Below, piece by piece: positions 24,096 to 37,668 of a stretch of 64,000 nt of DNA (its first letter is position 1; the number at the start of each line of letters is the position of its first letter). The notes below the pieces were generated by a model. The model worked only from the letters and a program-made list of their open reading frames with translations. It did not search any database and was not told where the DNA came from. Source of the stretch: Pelomyxa schiedti (taxonomy: Eukaryota > Protista > Evosea); the NCBI GenBank assembly GCA_020536535.1, contig JAHLWZ010000187.1, positions 193,455 through 257,454 of the forward strand, given 5' to 3'. Both the position numbers and the translations under genes were made by a program.

Positions 24096-24195
24096 NNNNN
24101 NNNNNNNNNNNNNNNNNNNNNNNNNNNNNNNNNNNNNNNNNNNNNNNNNNNNNNNNNNNNNNNNNNNNNNNNNNNNNNNNNNNNNNNNNNNNNNN
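24096..24195. other. Assembly gap (100 N)
   Basis: Run of N characters. Confidence 1.
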
Positions 24196-25034
24196 GAGTC
24201 GTGACCGTGAGGGCATGCATACTGTGCGACACATTCTATTTGAGACAGAGAGGTTCACTGACCCGGGGCGACCAGAAAACATAGCATTAAACACTCGAGG
24301 AATAATACTGCCCAGGTACGAGGAAGTATTCACATTCCTTGACAAGTTATCTTGATTCGAATCCGTCAGCCACAGAGACAACAGAGCCTATTACAATTGT
24401 AGAGAGATATTAGAACAGAATGATAGGGAGAGAATACCTTTTTCTTGCTGTCAGAAGAGAAGAACTGAACTGAACTTGCTGCTGAAATTGCTCTGCCCTC
24501 AGAGAACTCCACACACCACAACCCACTGAAGCATTGTAGTTTAATAACGTGCCAAGCAAGAACAAGGAGCTCTGACAGTGGATACGATGATGCTTCCCAT
24601 GCTAAAATCACGCCATTTTTATTGGAAATCCTCAATATATTATGCCCGGCATCATCGCCCGGTTTCATCAAATTGGAGAAGTGATTTGTCTTGTGATTGT
24701 GAAGGTTAATGCTGAGAGAGCAATACATTGGTGGTTAATGCTGAGACTATTACATTAAGGAGTTGCTGTGTTGGACTTACGTCGGTTGGCAGAGAAAGAG
24801 TTTGGCTCCTTCCAATCTCTTTTTGTGTTTGAGCTTATTTAGATCTTTAGATTTTGTGAAATTTCATTCCACCTTACAACTGTGCAGGGGAGTGACGTAA
24901 ACAACGGTCCAGTTGCAAAACGAATTGTATTTTCTGTGTTAATAAGCCTGCGGTTTGGCATTTCGCTCATTTTTTCCTACATTTTGTTTCGTGTGAGATC
25001 GCAAAGCATACAATACAACAAACATCGCCTTCAC

Positions 25035-27127
25035 ATGCAAACAACAGCAATGATGCAGTGGTTGTTGAACGAGGCGGTTTTACGAGTCGCGGTTTACGTG
25101 GCGTTGAGGCTTGCTATTTACGCGGTGGCGTGGTGGGTTGTGATGGCCTCGATGTTCCTCGTTCTTGGAGCCGCAAGGTTTGTGGTCGCGGTCATTTGTT
25201 CTTTTTTCTTACGATTTTTTCCTCTATTGAACACAGTCGGTTTGGAGTCATTAAATCCATGAGGCCTACGCTTGATCTGACCGTCTTCAGAAGGAGTCAC
25301 TCCGCCGTTGCGGTATTAATTACTTCCGTTTTGCTTGTTGTTTGTCTATTTCTACTAAGTAAACAACTTGGACTTCTTCTCTTTCGTCCGTGTTGTTTGG
25401 GTGTTCTTGTCTGCTCAGATAGAGCTAACAACAACCTTTTTCTAACACACAGGACTGGGCCATGTTTATCGAAGAGTTGACCAGGTTCACCTACTCAACG
25501 GTTCTCGCAATATCACAAATTGCAGTTGGGAGGCGAGACCGCGCCGACTTCGAGGAGTGGCGCATGGAAATTTGGGAGACGTTGCTACAGAACGCACTCA
25601 GCCACTTGGGGCTCGCTGACGAGAACTGGCCTGGTACCTCTACTTACGACGATGCCGATGTCTACCCTGGCTCATCATCATGGTGGTCGCCATCCTCCTG
25701 GCGATGGCTTGATCTAAAGGAGCTCTTGTGGGACGTTGGGCGCATGGTTGAGTCGCTGGTCACATGCCTCACTCTTCTTGTTCCTTGCGCTTTCTTGGTG
25801 ACCTTCCTTCTGATCGTCGGCACGGGATACGTCGTTTATCTTGCTGCAATGGAGCTTGTGGATATGTACCACCTCGGACGAGCTTATATTTCGCTGCTAT
25901 CATCGTGGATTTCTTATGTTTACTCCGATGTGCGGAAGTCAGCATTGGATGTACGAGCGGACGTGGGCGCTGCAATGCATTGGGCGCATGGCTGCCGCGG
26001 TTATCCAACATTTCCTTTCAGTCCTTCGACCTCTCCACAATAATCCCGATGAACAACAACAGTACCAACTGTCTCTGATCCCATTTCAACGGTCATCAAC
26101 TTCTGAGGGAAGTTACTATCATCAGCAAGACCACGACCAAGACCATCTTATACCCCCATACAATCCTGATGAACCATCTCCACCAACAACACCCGAGGGA
26201 ATTCACGTGCTGCTGTTTCGGGCGGAACTCGCAATAGTTGCTTCGGTATTCGACTGGAGGAGGCGTCATGCACAGTTTTGTGAGGAATTCTCACTGCCTG
26301 CCTCTAGATTCTGGTCAAGTAGGCCCAGATCTGGTGCTCATTCCAGTGGCGTGAATTGTCGTTCTTCCTCGCCCTCATCTTCGTCCCCATCCCCATCTAC
26401 ATCAACACAGCTGACAACACCGGTTCCAGCTGCACCAAGGGCAATACCAACAGCAATCAGCGCCAGCAATGCGCAACAGCTATCATCTTCAACACAGTCA
26501 CCGTCAGTTGGAGTGCTGGTGGTTCCAGGAGCCTGCATAACGCCGTCGCCGGCACCCGCGCCAACCACCAGCACACCCAGCATTCAAGCCGGTGCAGTAG
26601 TTGCCCCCAAACTCTCACCCACATCATCTCTTTCGACCTCAACGGCAGGAATGCCAACAACCCCAAGACCCACAGACAAGACATCATTGGGAGCACCGGC
26701 ACCAACAACACCAGCCCCAGCACTCCAACCAATTCCACCGAAATCACCTCTGCTTCCCCCATCGGTGGCATCAACCCCAACAGCAACAACTACATCAGGA
26801 GCAGTTCGAGCGGCAATGAAACCAACAGCCCCAGTAAACAAGAGGGTTAGAAGAATAATCCACTTCGTATCACGACCAGCTCCTCAAGGGACCCCAATAC
26901 AAACCACAGCTGTTCCACCCACCCTTGCACCTCGAACGAGTACGAGTTCTACACCGAATGCGTCGTTTCCTAAGCCTTTGGAAAATACAATTCCACAGAC
27001 AGTACGCCAAGTCCAAAAACTGGTAATTGCCTTTAATCTCCTTTCACTTCTTGTTGCACTAACATATTTTCAGGATAACAAACCGATCACCGAAGCCCTT
27101 GCTGCCGCCGGTGGTGGCGCCAACTGA
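25035..27127 (+). CDS. Hypothetical membrane protein region with hydrophobic segments followed by a P/T/S-rich ORF; gene model unresolved
   Basis: Hydrophobic exons (LRVAVYVALRLAIYAVAWWVV; LTLLVPCAFLVTFLLIVGTGYVVYL) and ORF 25841-27127 in a different frame; no recognisable family. Confidence 0.35.
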
Positions 27128-27654
27128 TGATGATGATCCCCTGTTGCGGGTACCGTCCCGGTGCTCTGGAGCACTTCGGTGTGTTTGCTGTTTGGTTGGT
27201 CACACTCCTCCCCAGCCCACTCTTGTGTCAGTCGGCCGTGGGGACCCGGGGTGCGGGCATTGGGACCGAGAGCCCACTCGGTTTCTTTGCCTGCACTCTG
27301 GTGCTCCCCTGTTGCTGACTCACGGGGGTGGGCCAGTGGGCATGGGGGGGGGTTTGTGGCTTTCCCGGCAACAACACATCAGCTGTCCACTGCCATTCAT
27401 GCTTGTGATGTGGCATCAGCAGTTGTTGCTGTCTCTGCTGGTTATGGACACCCTAGTGGGTTGTTCAGAGCCACTGTTAATACAAAGCAAAGCACCTTTT
27501 GTAATTTTTTTCTTAGGGCATTTAGTTCACGCCATCTGGTTTTGTGTGTTACCCAAATGGAAGAGAGTTGTGGAAGAATCGGAAAATTGTGTGCCATGAA
27601 TAGGGTTTTTCTTTATCGTATGGCAACGAAGACAGTTTTTTTTTTCTGGGGGCA

Positions 27655-30600
27655 TTATGAGGTGAGGAACTTTATCAAGGACCTGTCTTGTGAGACACTC
27701 CAAACGCCAAGTCTCTCGTAGTCACTGAGAGTGGCATCAATTTGTGGCTGGAGGAACCCCTTTCTGAGCAGTAAGGGCTGCACGTCAATCAGGTGTACGA
27801 TCGGGTTGGCGTCCGCGTCGTCCATCGACACGTCGATTCCGCTGTTGATTTGTGGGGGTCGGTGTTGGAGGTAGAAGGTTTTGATAGTCTCGTAAATTTC
27901 GGATTTGTTGTCAAGTGGCCTGTGCGAGAATTAAGCTAAATGGCACTGCCGGTGAGATACATACTGGAATCGTTTTTCTTTTTCACGCTGAACTGTTGCT
28001 TTGGAAGAATTCAGAAGTCGGATGGCTTCTTCGATGTCCTCTTGGGCAACTTCTGGTGACAGTCGTAGTCGTGCCTGAAGGGCGTCGTTATCCCAAAAAG
28101 GAGTGAAAATGTCAAATTAAAGTAAAATACATGTGCCAATGCCAGCCTCATTGTCCCAAGCAAAGTTCTGGCAGAGGTGTAGTAATATACATCTTGGGAG
28201 GCGTTGCCCACTTCCCCTTGTCTCACTTCAATATACTTATTAACAAGGTAGTCGGTCAGTTCTTTGGGAATCGTGGGGGTGATTAATTTGCACATGGCAA
28301 TATAAGCACTTTGCGGTGAGGAAAAAAGGATACAACCAAGAATGAGGGAGGAAAAAGGTTAGAAAAATGAAGAAGTGCTGTAATTACCAACAGTTATTTA
28401 CCGCAGTGAGTCGGGTCCCACATAATGCTGTCCTGTTGGAGCACTTTTTTCCAGATGAACATGGGTAATGTGCTCGGCCAGTCTCCTGAGGGGTGTAAAC
28501 TTTCGAGGCAATTTCAAAAATTACCTGTCGCTTTCTGGGTCTGGTTTATCCAAGGTAATAAAAAGTATATCAAATCTAGAAAGCAAGGCAGCCGGCATGT
28601 TGATATTGTTGGAAGGCGATTTCTTCAAGTCATATCTTCCATAAGCAGGATTTGCTGCAGCTAAGACAGACGTGCGAGCATTAAGGTTGGTTGTTATTCC
28701 AGCCTGTAAACAGTGTTTAACTCACAGGAGAGTTGATGTTGAGCACCTTAGCGACAGACACAGTTTGTTGCTCCATAACCTCATGAATTGAAGTTCGATC
28801 TGTTTCACTCATTTTGTCAAACTAAACAGAGTGGAGGAGAAGTTAAAAAATGTTGGACTTTGTTGGGCATTACTTCATCAATACAACAGATTCCCATATC
28901 AGCCAAAACCAAAGAGCCACCCTCTTTTGGAATTCAATACATTTGCTGGTTTGAGTAGATAAGTTACCAAGTAAAAATTCGTTTGTGATAGGATCTTTCA
29001 GAACCGCAGCTGTAAGGCCCACTCCACTCGCACCCTTGCCTGTTCCCATATTAATGGATACGAGAGTCATTAAATAGTTACAAACCAGTAGTGTAAACAG
29101 CTCTTGGAGCTACATTTGCAACGTATTTCAGTAACTGACTCTTAGCAACACCAGGGTCACCAATGATGATAACGTTAAGCTCTCCTTTGTAATATTATAA
29201 CTGCAGTTCTTGGGGGAAAGAAATACCCCTAATTTTCATTCCATCTGGGAGGGTACGTGTGGGTGAACCAACCATCTGTAACAAAACAGCTTTTTTAATG
29301 TCGACATGCCCATAGATACCAGGAGCAATACTTGATGCCAGTAATTCATACAATTCTGGTTTGGAGTACTCTGCGAAAAAAATATCACCCAGAGAATGAA
29401 ATTGTGTAGTGTACTCTCGCTTAATGATCGAATTTCATCCTCAGTGTCAGGTGCAACAGCGATATTGGAAAAGCTTTTTTTCTGAACCTCCAGGGTTTGT
29501 GCATCAAGAAACGTATCAGCTGTCAAACTTTTTCCTCCTGCAAAAATTTACCAAAAGAAAAGTCTGAAATCAAGGGACAAACCAGAAGTTGAAGACGGAA
29601 TGGGAAGAAATATCTGGAACAACAGTCACTAACAATCGATGGATAGGAGGAAGGAAAACGCTCTCACCCCGGAAACAGTTATGATATCTCCAGGTGTGCA
29701 GAGTTGCGTCAATTCGCCTTGAAGAAGGACAGTTAAAGATCTGGGTGTCTGTCCAGTTGGTACATGTTCCATCTGATGCCAGAGAGGATTCGTTAAAAAA
29801 CAAAAGTACCGTCACTCTAAACTCAACCATCTCTTGTATTTTTATTTCCTGAAATTTGGTGAACTTCGAGCCTCGTGTTTCCATAGTAAGTAATCCAGGG
29901 TGTGCATTTCCTTGGCAAGCCTTGGATGTGCATTTTGTCAAAGGAAGAAAGGAACGACCACGAATCTAGAGAAACATGAACGCCAATCAAAGGATTATTG
30001 AGCATGTGTATACCACTTGGAACACTTCCTGTTGGCACTGCTCGCATGTATACGTTGCGACTTTTAAAAATGGTTTTACCTTAGAGACAATTAAGAAAGA
30101 AAAGGGGAAGACTGGGTACTGACTTCATTCACACGTGTAACTATGGCTTGTGTTTGTACCAGATGACCAAGTAGACCTGCTCTCAATTCACGAAGGGGAA
30201 GTGTGGGTGTTGAGCTACTCGGAATAAAATGTGCCTCACTTGTTTTGGGTTTGAAAAGATCTTGTGTAACAAGATGAACATACTATCTGCGAACTAGCTC
30301 CGAGGGGAACTGTTGTTTGACAGAAGCGTCAGCTCCTGTGGTGTCACTTGGTCCGAGGTTGTTTTGGGCCCGTACCATCCTAACAAAGAAAATGAATTAC
30401 CCACAAGAGATGTAGACTCTACCTATGGGCTGTCAAAACATCGTGCACATCTTTTCTGGCTTTTGGAACAGGTAGATTTAACTCCAGTAGAATGTTGTCA
30501 AGAACCTCCTGGCACAAATGGAGGTATCTTTGTGTGTTGGATGCTATCTTTTCAGACAGTGTGTTATTGTCTGTATGCTAATAGGAAGAAAAACTGTAAG

Positions 30601-31089
30601 TAAAGATTGCAGATCAGAAAAAATTACAATAGAAATCTCATCAAGGGGTATGCCAATAGAAATTCTCTCTCTTTCAGCCAGTTCTTTCTTAAGATGATGT
30701 TAATTTGGAAAAAGAGCTAGAGATCATGCACTTCATACCACCATTTCCTTGAACTTAGGTACTTCAGTAAAAAATCTCCTCAGCTGATCTGGGAAAAACC
30801 TCGTTACCTTTTGTTGCGCATAGTATCCTACGCAGTAATAAAATGAAATGCAAGCGCGCAAACCTTTGTCCGCGTCGTAGCTCATCTCCACGCCTCTGCC
30901 GACATCCCCGCCAGCGCCTCTGCCTCGCCCCATTCCCCTACCTCTTCCTCGCGGCGCCCCAAATGCGCCCATTCCACCCGCGAAACGCGACCTCCCAAAT
31001 GGGGTCGACGGAGCGCCAATGCTAGATCCCCCTTTAGAAAAAGCACCGCGCGATATGGTCCAGGGGTTGGAGGTACCGCCCCCACTCAT
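27655..31089 (-). CDS. MCM7: DNA replication licensing factor MCM7, many introns
   Basis: [42 protein letters not shown] (MCM7-type Walker A), [23 protein letters not shown]|[31 protein letters not shown]; Cys zinc finger; TAA at 27655. Confidence 0.96.
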
Positions 31090-31232
31090 CTCGTGTTGTC
31101 TTTGGGTTTTTGTAGTATTATGCGAATAAAAAACCAAATAATAAAGGCGAAGCAGAAATTGGCAGGAGCGCAGGGAATTGCTGCCAAACCACACTTTTAA
31201 ACACGGGTAGTTTTATACACAAAGTTTTGGGG

Positions 31233-31679
31233 TCAGTCGTCCTCCCTGCGTACAGATGATTTAGATTTGGTTCTATCGTCCCTGACCATATCCAATGATC
31301 CCTCGAGTTCCACGACGAGTTTCCTTTCCGGAGTCTTGGCGGGGAGTACGTAGTGGTTGTCACTACAAGTGCGCGTTAGGGATCGAAGGGAAACGTGATT
31401 ATGGGTTGGCAGAGTGGAGGCCTTCACCACGAAAAAAAAACAAAATGGCGATCAACACACAAGCGCGTACCAATGGGGACAGAACTCGTCGGTCTCGTCG
31501 AAGTCTCTCACGTCTTTTCGAAACACCTTCCTGCACTTTTTGCACGCCAGAACGATCTCGAAGGACTTCATCAAAGGGTGGTCGGGCGACTGCTCATTGT
31601 GGCACTCAGGGCAATCGAACCATTTTTTGCAGCACGCCGCCCTCACCGACACCTGCGCGTTCAGAATGTGTTTGCACAT
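31233..31679 (-). CDS. Small CHY-type zinc finger protein, two exons
   Basis: MCKHILNAQVSVRAACCKKWFDCPECH...ACKKCRKVF...FCPHC|DNHYVLPAKTP; GT-AG intron 31363-31470 restores the CxxC. Confidence 0.88.
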
Positions 31680-32056
31680 CAATTCAATTTCCGAAAACCG
31701 CCTCAGATCTGATACACCGAGCCATACAAAATCCAACCTCACATGCTCTGCCCTGCACAAAGTACCGTGACGCTAACGGCGTTTCACCTTGCAGACATTC
31801 TCTCAAAAAAAAGGGAAGAAAAGTTTTTTAATTCTACAACTTGGGACCAAAAAGAAAAATCATAGCACAAGGCAAAGTTTGGTGACAATTTAATGCAAGC
31901 AGCACATCAAGTAGAGGAAAGGCACAGGAGATAAAAGAGCACCACCTATTCACAAACAGTCTACAGTGCCCAGTGCTATGGTGATGCAATGCTGATATCT
32001 CAATGCTGATCCAATGATTTTTCAATCAAATTTCACTCCTTGTGACACCACAACAG

Positions 32057-32166
32057 CCAAAAAAGGTACCACAGTTTTTTTTTTTGCCTTAACTGTTTAT
32101 GCTCATTTCTCTTCTGAAAGTCATCTGCAAATCTCTGACTGCTGCAAAAACTGGAAACATGGAAAC
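32057..32166 (+). repeat. Dispersed repeat: internally deleted copy of 11231-11439
   Basis: Shared blocks in the same order: ccaaaaaagg, ggtaccacagtttttttttt, ttaactgtttat, ctcatttctcttctgaa, aaagtcatctgcaa, atctctgactg, ctgcaaaaactggaaaca. Confidence 0.85.
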
Positions 32167-33051
32167 TCAAAAAATTGAAATGACAAAAACCAAGAAATGG
32201 AGTTATTTGACCCCCAACAATGGTAATAGTCACAAATGGTTCAGAGCACCTGTGGATTCTGCTCTGGTGCAGGCATTTCTTTGATCTATACATCCACAGT
32301 CACCATTGTCCCAAAATATGACATTGGCTCCATGATGTCAACAACATCTTCTTCATTGGTACACAATTGATGCAAAAGACCAAAGTTCAAGGTTGGAAAC
32401 TTGTTACATGAACAGTAATGAAATGAGATCCTTACCTATTGGTGACAGACACAACAACATCATCCACACCAGAGAAAAGCACCATCCACATTGGGCAATC
32501 TTCCAACACATTCTAGAAGCAGATCTCCACCACTGGTGACAATGTTTTTTAAAGAGGAATTAAAAACAGTGGGGCCTGGAAAATTGTACTTTTTTTTCTG
32601 GCACCCATCTGGTTACCACCACTTTTTGGGTTTCCACAGTCCCAGTGCCTCCTTTTTCACTGGGAACAAGGGAAACACTGCTGACAGCTGTGTAGTACCT
32701 TCTTCCCCTCATTCAACACAATTTTGACACCATCTGGACCTGAATTTCATTGTTACAGTGCCAAGGTGATTTCCCATGATAATCCTCAACCTGTGTGCAA
32801 TTACATTTGAGAGCAGCAAACAGGAGACTTTTTTGAACCACTAAAAAGGTGTTGTGGCGTCCCCTGTTGTTAAGAATTCACCAGCCACCCCATAAATTCG
32901 AAGCAAGGATGTAACGCAAATTGTTGAATTACACACATTTGTGACAGCTTTGTCAAATCAAGTATTTCCCGGCCCTTTTTTTTTTGGAAAAGGAAACAGA
33001 ACAAGAAGACGAATCTACGAATAAGAAAAAAAAAAAAGCAGGAGGGGCGGT

Positions 33052-36000
33052 ATGCGGGGAGAGGGGCGTACGTTGTGGCCGTTGCGGGTTCTTGTGTCGT
33101 TGTCGGTGGTGTTTTGTTCGTTGTTTGCAGCGAGATCTGTGCAGGCTGCGAAAGGCGATGAAACTTTCGCCCAGGTAATTATCGTCGTTCGCACAACGGC
33201 GTTGTCCTCATTGTCTTTTGTAAGGCATTTGATGCTGCAGTCGTGCGACTGCGGTCTGATGGGGAGTTGAGTGCCGTTAAACTCGGTGTAAATGCTGTAC
33301 TGCTTGACTGCATTCCAACTCCGAAAGGGAAATACAGCTATGACTCGGATTTCAGTAGCACCTCTATGCAAACGAGAGTGGCAAGAGAAAGTGTCCCCTT
33401 TGAGGAGAACGACAGCCACAGTCATAGCATTCATAGCTATTCAGAGGACGACGGCCCAAATGAAAATCTCTATCAGGATGCAACCGATGCATATTTGTTT
33501 CCAAGTCGAGAATCCTTGTCAAACTATATAAAAGTGTTTCCCGATGCTCCGCGGGACAGGCAATACGTGGATACAGAGAATTTACTTGAAGAGATTCTTA
33601 GAACTCAGAAAGTGTATATTCCAGCTGGTGTGGGCTCCAATACAACAGAAGCATTACGCGAAATTATCTATAAGTAGTTAAACTTCAAGATGTTATTCTT
33701 CTGAATGTTAACAGGATTAATGACTACTATGATACATCTATAGACATAATTCGTGTGCCATCGAATTCTACAGAGTTGCACCTTCTCACTGATGAAGAGG
33801 TTGATGGTAACTTTATTCTTTCAAAATGGGGTCATTATCAATGCCCTGTAGCAACAGATTCGAGGCTTCTCATAGCCGGAATGGAGAAGGGCCGCAAGCG
33901 CTCTGTAGTTTGGCGCCCCTCTTGTAATGTATATGGTGAGAGATTGTTCCTTGTCTGTCGCCAAAACGGAGAGTTTGGAGCTACAAACTTCTCAAAGTAT
34001 ATAAATGAACTGGTAATGCTATCCAAGCCAGTACAGGTGTGTGCAATAGTTTCCTTTTCTTTATTTCACTGCCTACAAGGGGTGTTGTACTTCATATGTA
34101 CATGGGCAGCTACTGAAATTACTGTTCCCTGGTATATCAGTTGTTTTGCAGAAAACTAGAGAGCAGTGCCTCAACTACACCCTCTATAATGATACACTTA
34201 CACTCTCCTATGGAACTCCCGAGGAGGTAAGGTTGTCAATGTAGCACACAGTGCATTACAATAGCTGATTAGGTTGCAACCTACTCCCTATTTGGCTTGG
34301 AAACGGATAACTATTTCCCCACTGCATCCTTTTTTCGACGAGAAATACTTGAGGAAAATAAGATAAATGACTCTTATACTCCACAAACCCATGAAACTGG
34401 GAATGACCAACTCGGAGATCTCTATGATGCCGCCTTGATGAATTTTGTCAAAACTGGCTACTATAACTTACTCTTTGAGTATTGGGATATGAGCCACTAC
34501 TTATACTTGGACTGCATCCCACAGGGGGCATATAACATTTGGACTTATAGCGGTTCATTCCCCGTCTCGTTTGCATATCGGTAACAAACAATAGAGTGTG
34601 AAGGCACCGTCAAACATATTTTGGACACTGGAAAAGTTAAAATCGGCACTCTTATGTGGGAAGCGATGCCCCTTATACAACAACACGAGGCAGGGTTAGC
34701 AGAGGGCCTCCTTGCTACCCTGGAAAAGCAAATTTTCACCTGGTCCTTTCTCTTTGCACTACTTTTTATATTAATAGCTGCCAGGATTGGGGAGCAATTT
34801 GGAATAGAAACGATCGAGTTAGAATATGTACCGTTTCACACCTCGGATGAAACTTTTTCCGCTCTCGAATCTGGGGTCATTGATGGTTTTGATTTTGCGA
34901 TCTTGTTATTTACCTTGACGCAATCCAGTTACATCTATGTTTTTTTTCTCTGGTGCCTTCTATAGAAAGGACAATGACACACTACGCAGGAATGTTGGTA
35001 AACGCCAATAGCTTTTTATGATTTACACTGAGCCTATTGCATAGTATTTAGACCTTCGTGTTCTACAGTTGGCGAGCCAATCAACTTTGTAGTAAAAAAA
35101 AATTCTGGATTCAAAAGCCTAGATGACTTACGAGCTCATATAGCAGGCGATGACCACTGCAGGGTTTCGTTTCCACACTTCCCTCAAAAAACGTTTCACA
35201 CAACAAAAGGTTGCAGTACAAAATGAGGAGCTGGGGTGGATTGTACAGTGGCTCCTTCGGGGTTTGAACTACTCACTTATCACTATTAGTAGCACTGTGG
35301 ATATCTTTGTTGCCATCAACAGTTCGGAACATTGGGCAGCAGGTGTGCCAACAACGCCATTTGAGGTATGCACCCTCTTTATCACTCCAGACTGAAGTCC
35401 TTTTAGGGACATATCGCCGAATTTCAGCAGCTAACCTACTTTGATAGTAACACAATTATTCCCACAACAGCTTTCTTCAGGCGGGACAAGCAATTCCGTG
35501 TGTGAAACGCAAAATTCCACATCCCATAATAAAAACCTAGCCTGTGGGAACGGAGAACTAGAAAAGCAATATGGGGAACAGTGTGAAATTGGCACATATG
35601 GTTGTAATGCCAGCACCTGCAAATGCCAAACAAATTTTGTTGCTGACACTTTTGGCTGTAAGGGTATGCTCAGACCTTTATGTTTCTCGAATTGTTATGA
35701 ACAGGACTTTACAGACCAATCCAAAAAACTTCCTACGTTGACCATTGCCTTATGCACTATTATTGGGGGTCTTCTGCTCCTCATTTCCGTCTTGCTACTG
35801 GTTGTCCTTTTCAAGATGAATAGGAATAATCACTGGCGCAAGTTGACTGATACTGGATATGTGCAATTTGATGAAGTGCCTGCATGTGGGGGTCTCAGGT
35901 GCGCTTCTTTTCATTGCACTATAAAGTATTGATTAGTTTTCTCACAGACGATATGCCAACACGTCAAGAGACACGGGAGTGCCATGCATTTTCAGTAAAG

Positions 36001-37563
36001 CAAAAATCGACTTCGGCACATCAGAATCACTCCTCCAGGTTGAAGCAGAAGGGAAAGACTCTGTTTCAGTCACTAACGTGGAAGATGAGCCAATAACTGT
36101 GAAAGTTGTTTGCCCTTCCAATGACAAGGTGGAACATAAATATTCGCTCCGAGTCTTTCCCTTATCAACAACAATTCCTCCGGTTTGCTTACTGTGGAGT
36201 ATTCACCTTTTTACTATAAATTAGGATTCTTCAGTTGACATCAATCTTGTACTTATGCCTAAGTGTACATCTGATATTGCATTTGAGCTTGTGTTTGAGA
36301 TTTCTGGCCTTAAATTTAACTTGGTTCTTCCTGTATCAGCAACCGTTCAACTCTCTACAAGACTTGATAGTGACGAAATAATGATTGGTATTTTCAAATT
36401 TTTATAGACTACTTCCTCACGACACCTCAAGGTGAAAAAATTGGACAGGGCGCCTCTGGATGTGTCAGTACCCTCTTTTCAGTTTCTTTTAATATTTACA
36501 TTTCCTCAGGTCTTCAAGGCCACGTGGCGAGGCTTAGAAGTTGCAGTGAAGGTGTGAAATGATAGTGTTCCCTACCCTTTCTCAATTTTCTAGACATTTC
36601 CTCCATATGTCTACAGCAACGAAGCCTATAGGTCCAATCTTGAGAGAGAAATAGACCTTTGTGTCCTACTGCGTTCTCCCAACATTGTGTATTTCCCTGG
36701 GCCCCTCATCTTCCTTAACTTTTGACTAGAGCTTTTTATGGTTCTTCGATTTCACCTACTTTGTGTTTTATTGTAATGGTATTTTATTTCCCCTCTTCCT
36801 CCCTTCACTCGACACTCTTACCAGGAATACATTCCTTTGGGGAATCTACAAGATAACCTTAAGAAACATCTTGACTGGGATCTTAAAGTCACCTTTGCAA
36901 GAGAAATTGCCCAAGGCATTTTCTTTTTACACAGGTTTTTATTTTTTTTTTTTGTTTTATATTTGACCCCTTCACAGCAATAAAGTTATACATAGAGACT
37001 TAAAGGTAGTTTTTCCCTGTATTCCTTCTTAACTTGGAATAGCCAGAAAATGTTCTAGTTGTAAGCTTGGTGAAGGAAGCGCCTCACCACGTCAAGCTTA
37101 GCGACTTTGGCTCCGCTAGACATGCTTCTTCAGTAGATAACCAACAGTACACTGGTTGTGTTGGGACACCACTATGTGAGCTTGATACCTCAAATATTTA
37201 GTACCTCTAAGCATTTGTAGACACCGCCCCAGAGACTCTCAGTGGGTCACGATACGCACAGAAAGCCGACGTGTACTCCTTCGGCATTCTTATGTGGACC
37301 ATCCTAACACAAGAACTGCCGTTCCAAGATATAGAATCTATCTACGGTATGGCTTCCTTCCCTAATGCAATCAATCAGCAAAGAAAAACCCTTACAACAC
37401 AAAAGCGGTCATCCAGTATGTTGGTGGTGGTGGCAGACCACACATACCCCCATCCTCACCTCCATGGTACGGGGAGCTCATGAGCCATTGCTGGGCACAT
37501 AATCCTGACGACAGGCCTGAGTCGGCAGAAGCCGTCACTGTTCTTACCCAAAACTCCTCTTAA
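33052..37563 (+). CDS. Single-pass receptor kinase (Entamoeba TMK-type, TKL group) with solute-binding-protein-like ectodomain
   Basis: Signal peptide; ectodomain; Cys-rich CGNG...EQCE; TM LTIALCTIIGGLLLLISVLLLVVLF; juxtamembrane domain ending LSTRLDSDEI; kinase IGQGASG, VAVK, IHRDLK|PENVL, LSDFGSAR, GTPL|YTAPE, KADVYSFG; TAA at 37561-37563. Confidence 0.87.
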
Positions 37564-37668
37564 TGTTGTATATCATGTGCCAACAATACCATAAATTAAA
37601 GTCATTTTTGGAAGAAACTTAAGAAACAACAAGTTAATTTAAGGGGGTTGTTTTTTTTACTCTTCTTT

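Noticed and set aside
23975-24381. ORFs spanning the N run
   Set aside because: Artefacts of translating an assembly gap
23450-24900. Possible genes or RNA genes around the gap
   Set aside because: Only short ORFs with no recognisable motif; no tRNA cloverleaf or rRNA similarity recognised here or elsewhere in the window
27655-31089. Stop-codon reassignment to explain fragmented ORFs
   Set aside because: Breaks coincide with GT-AG introns and conserved proteins reassemble under the standard code
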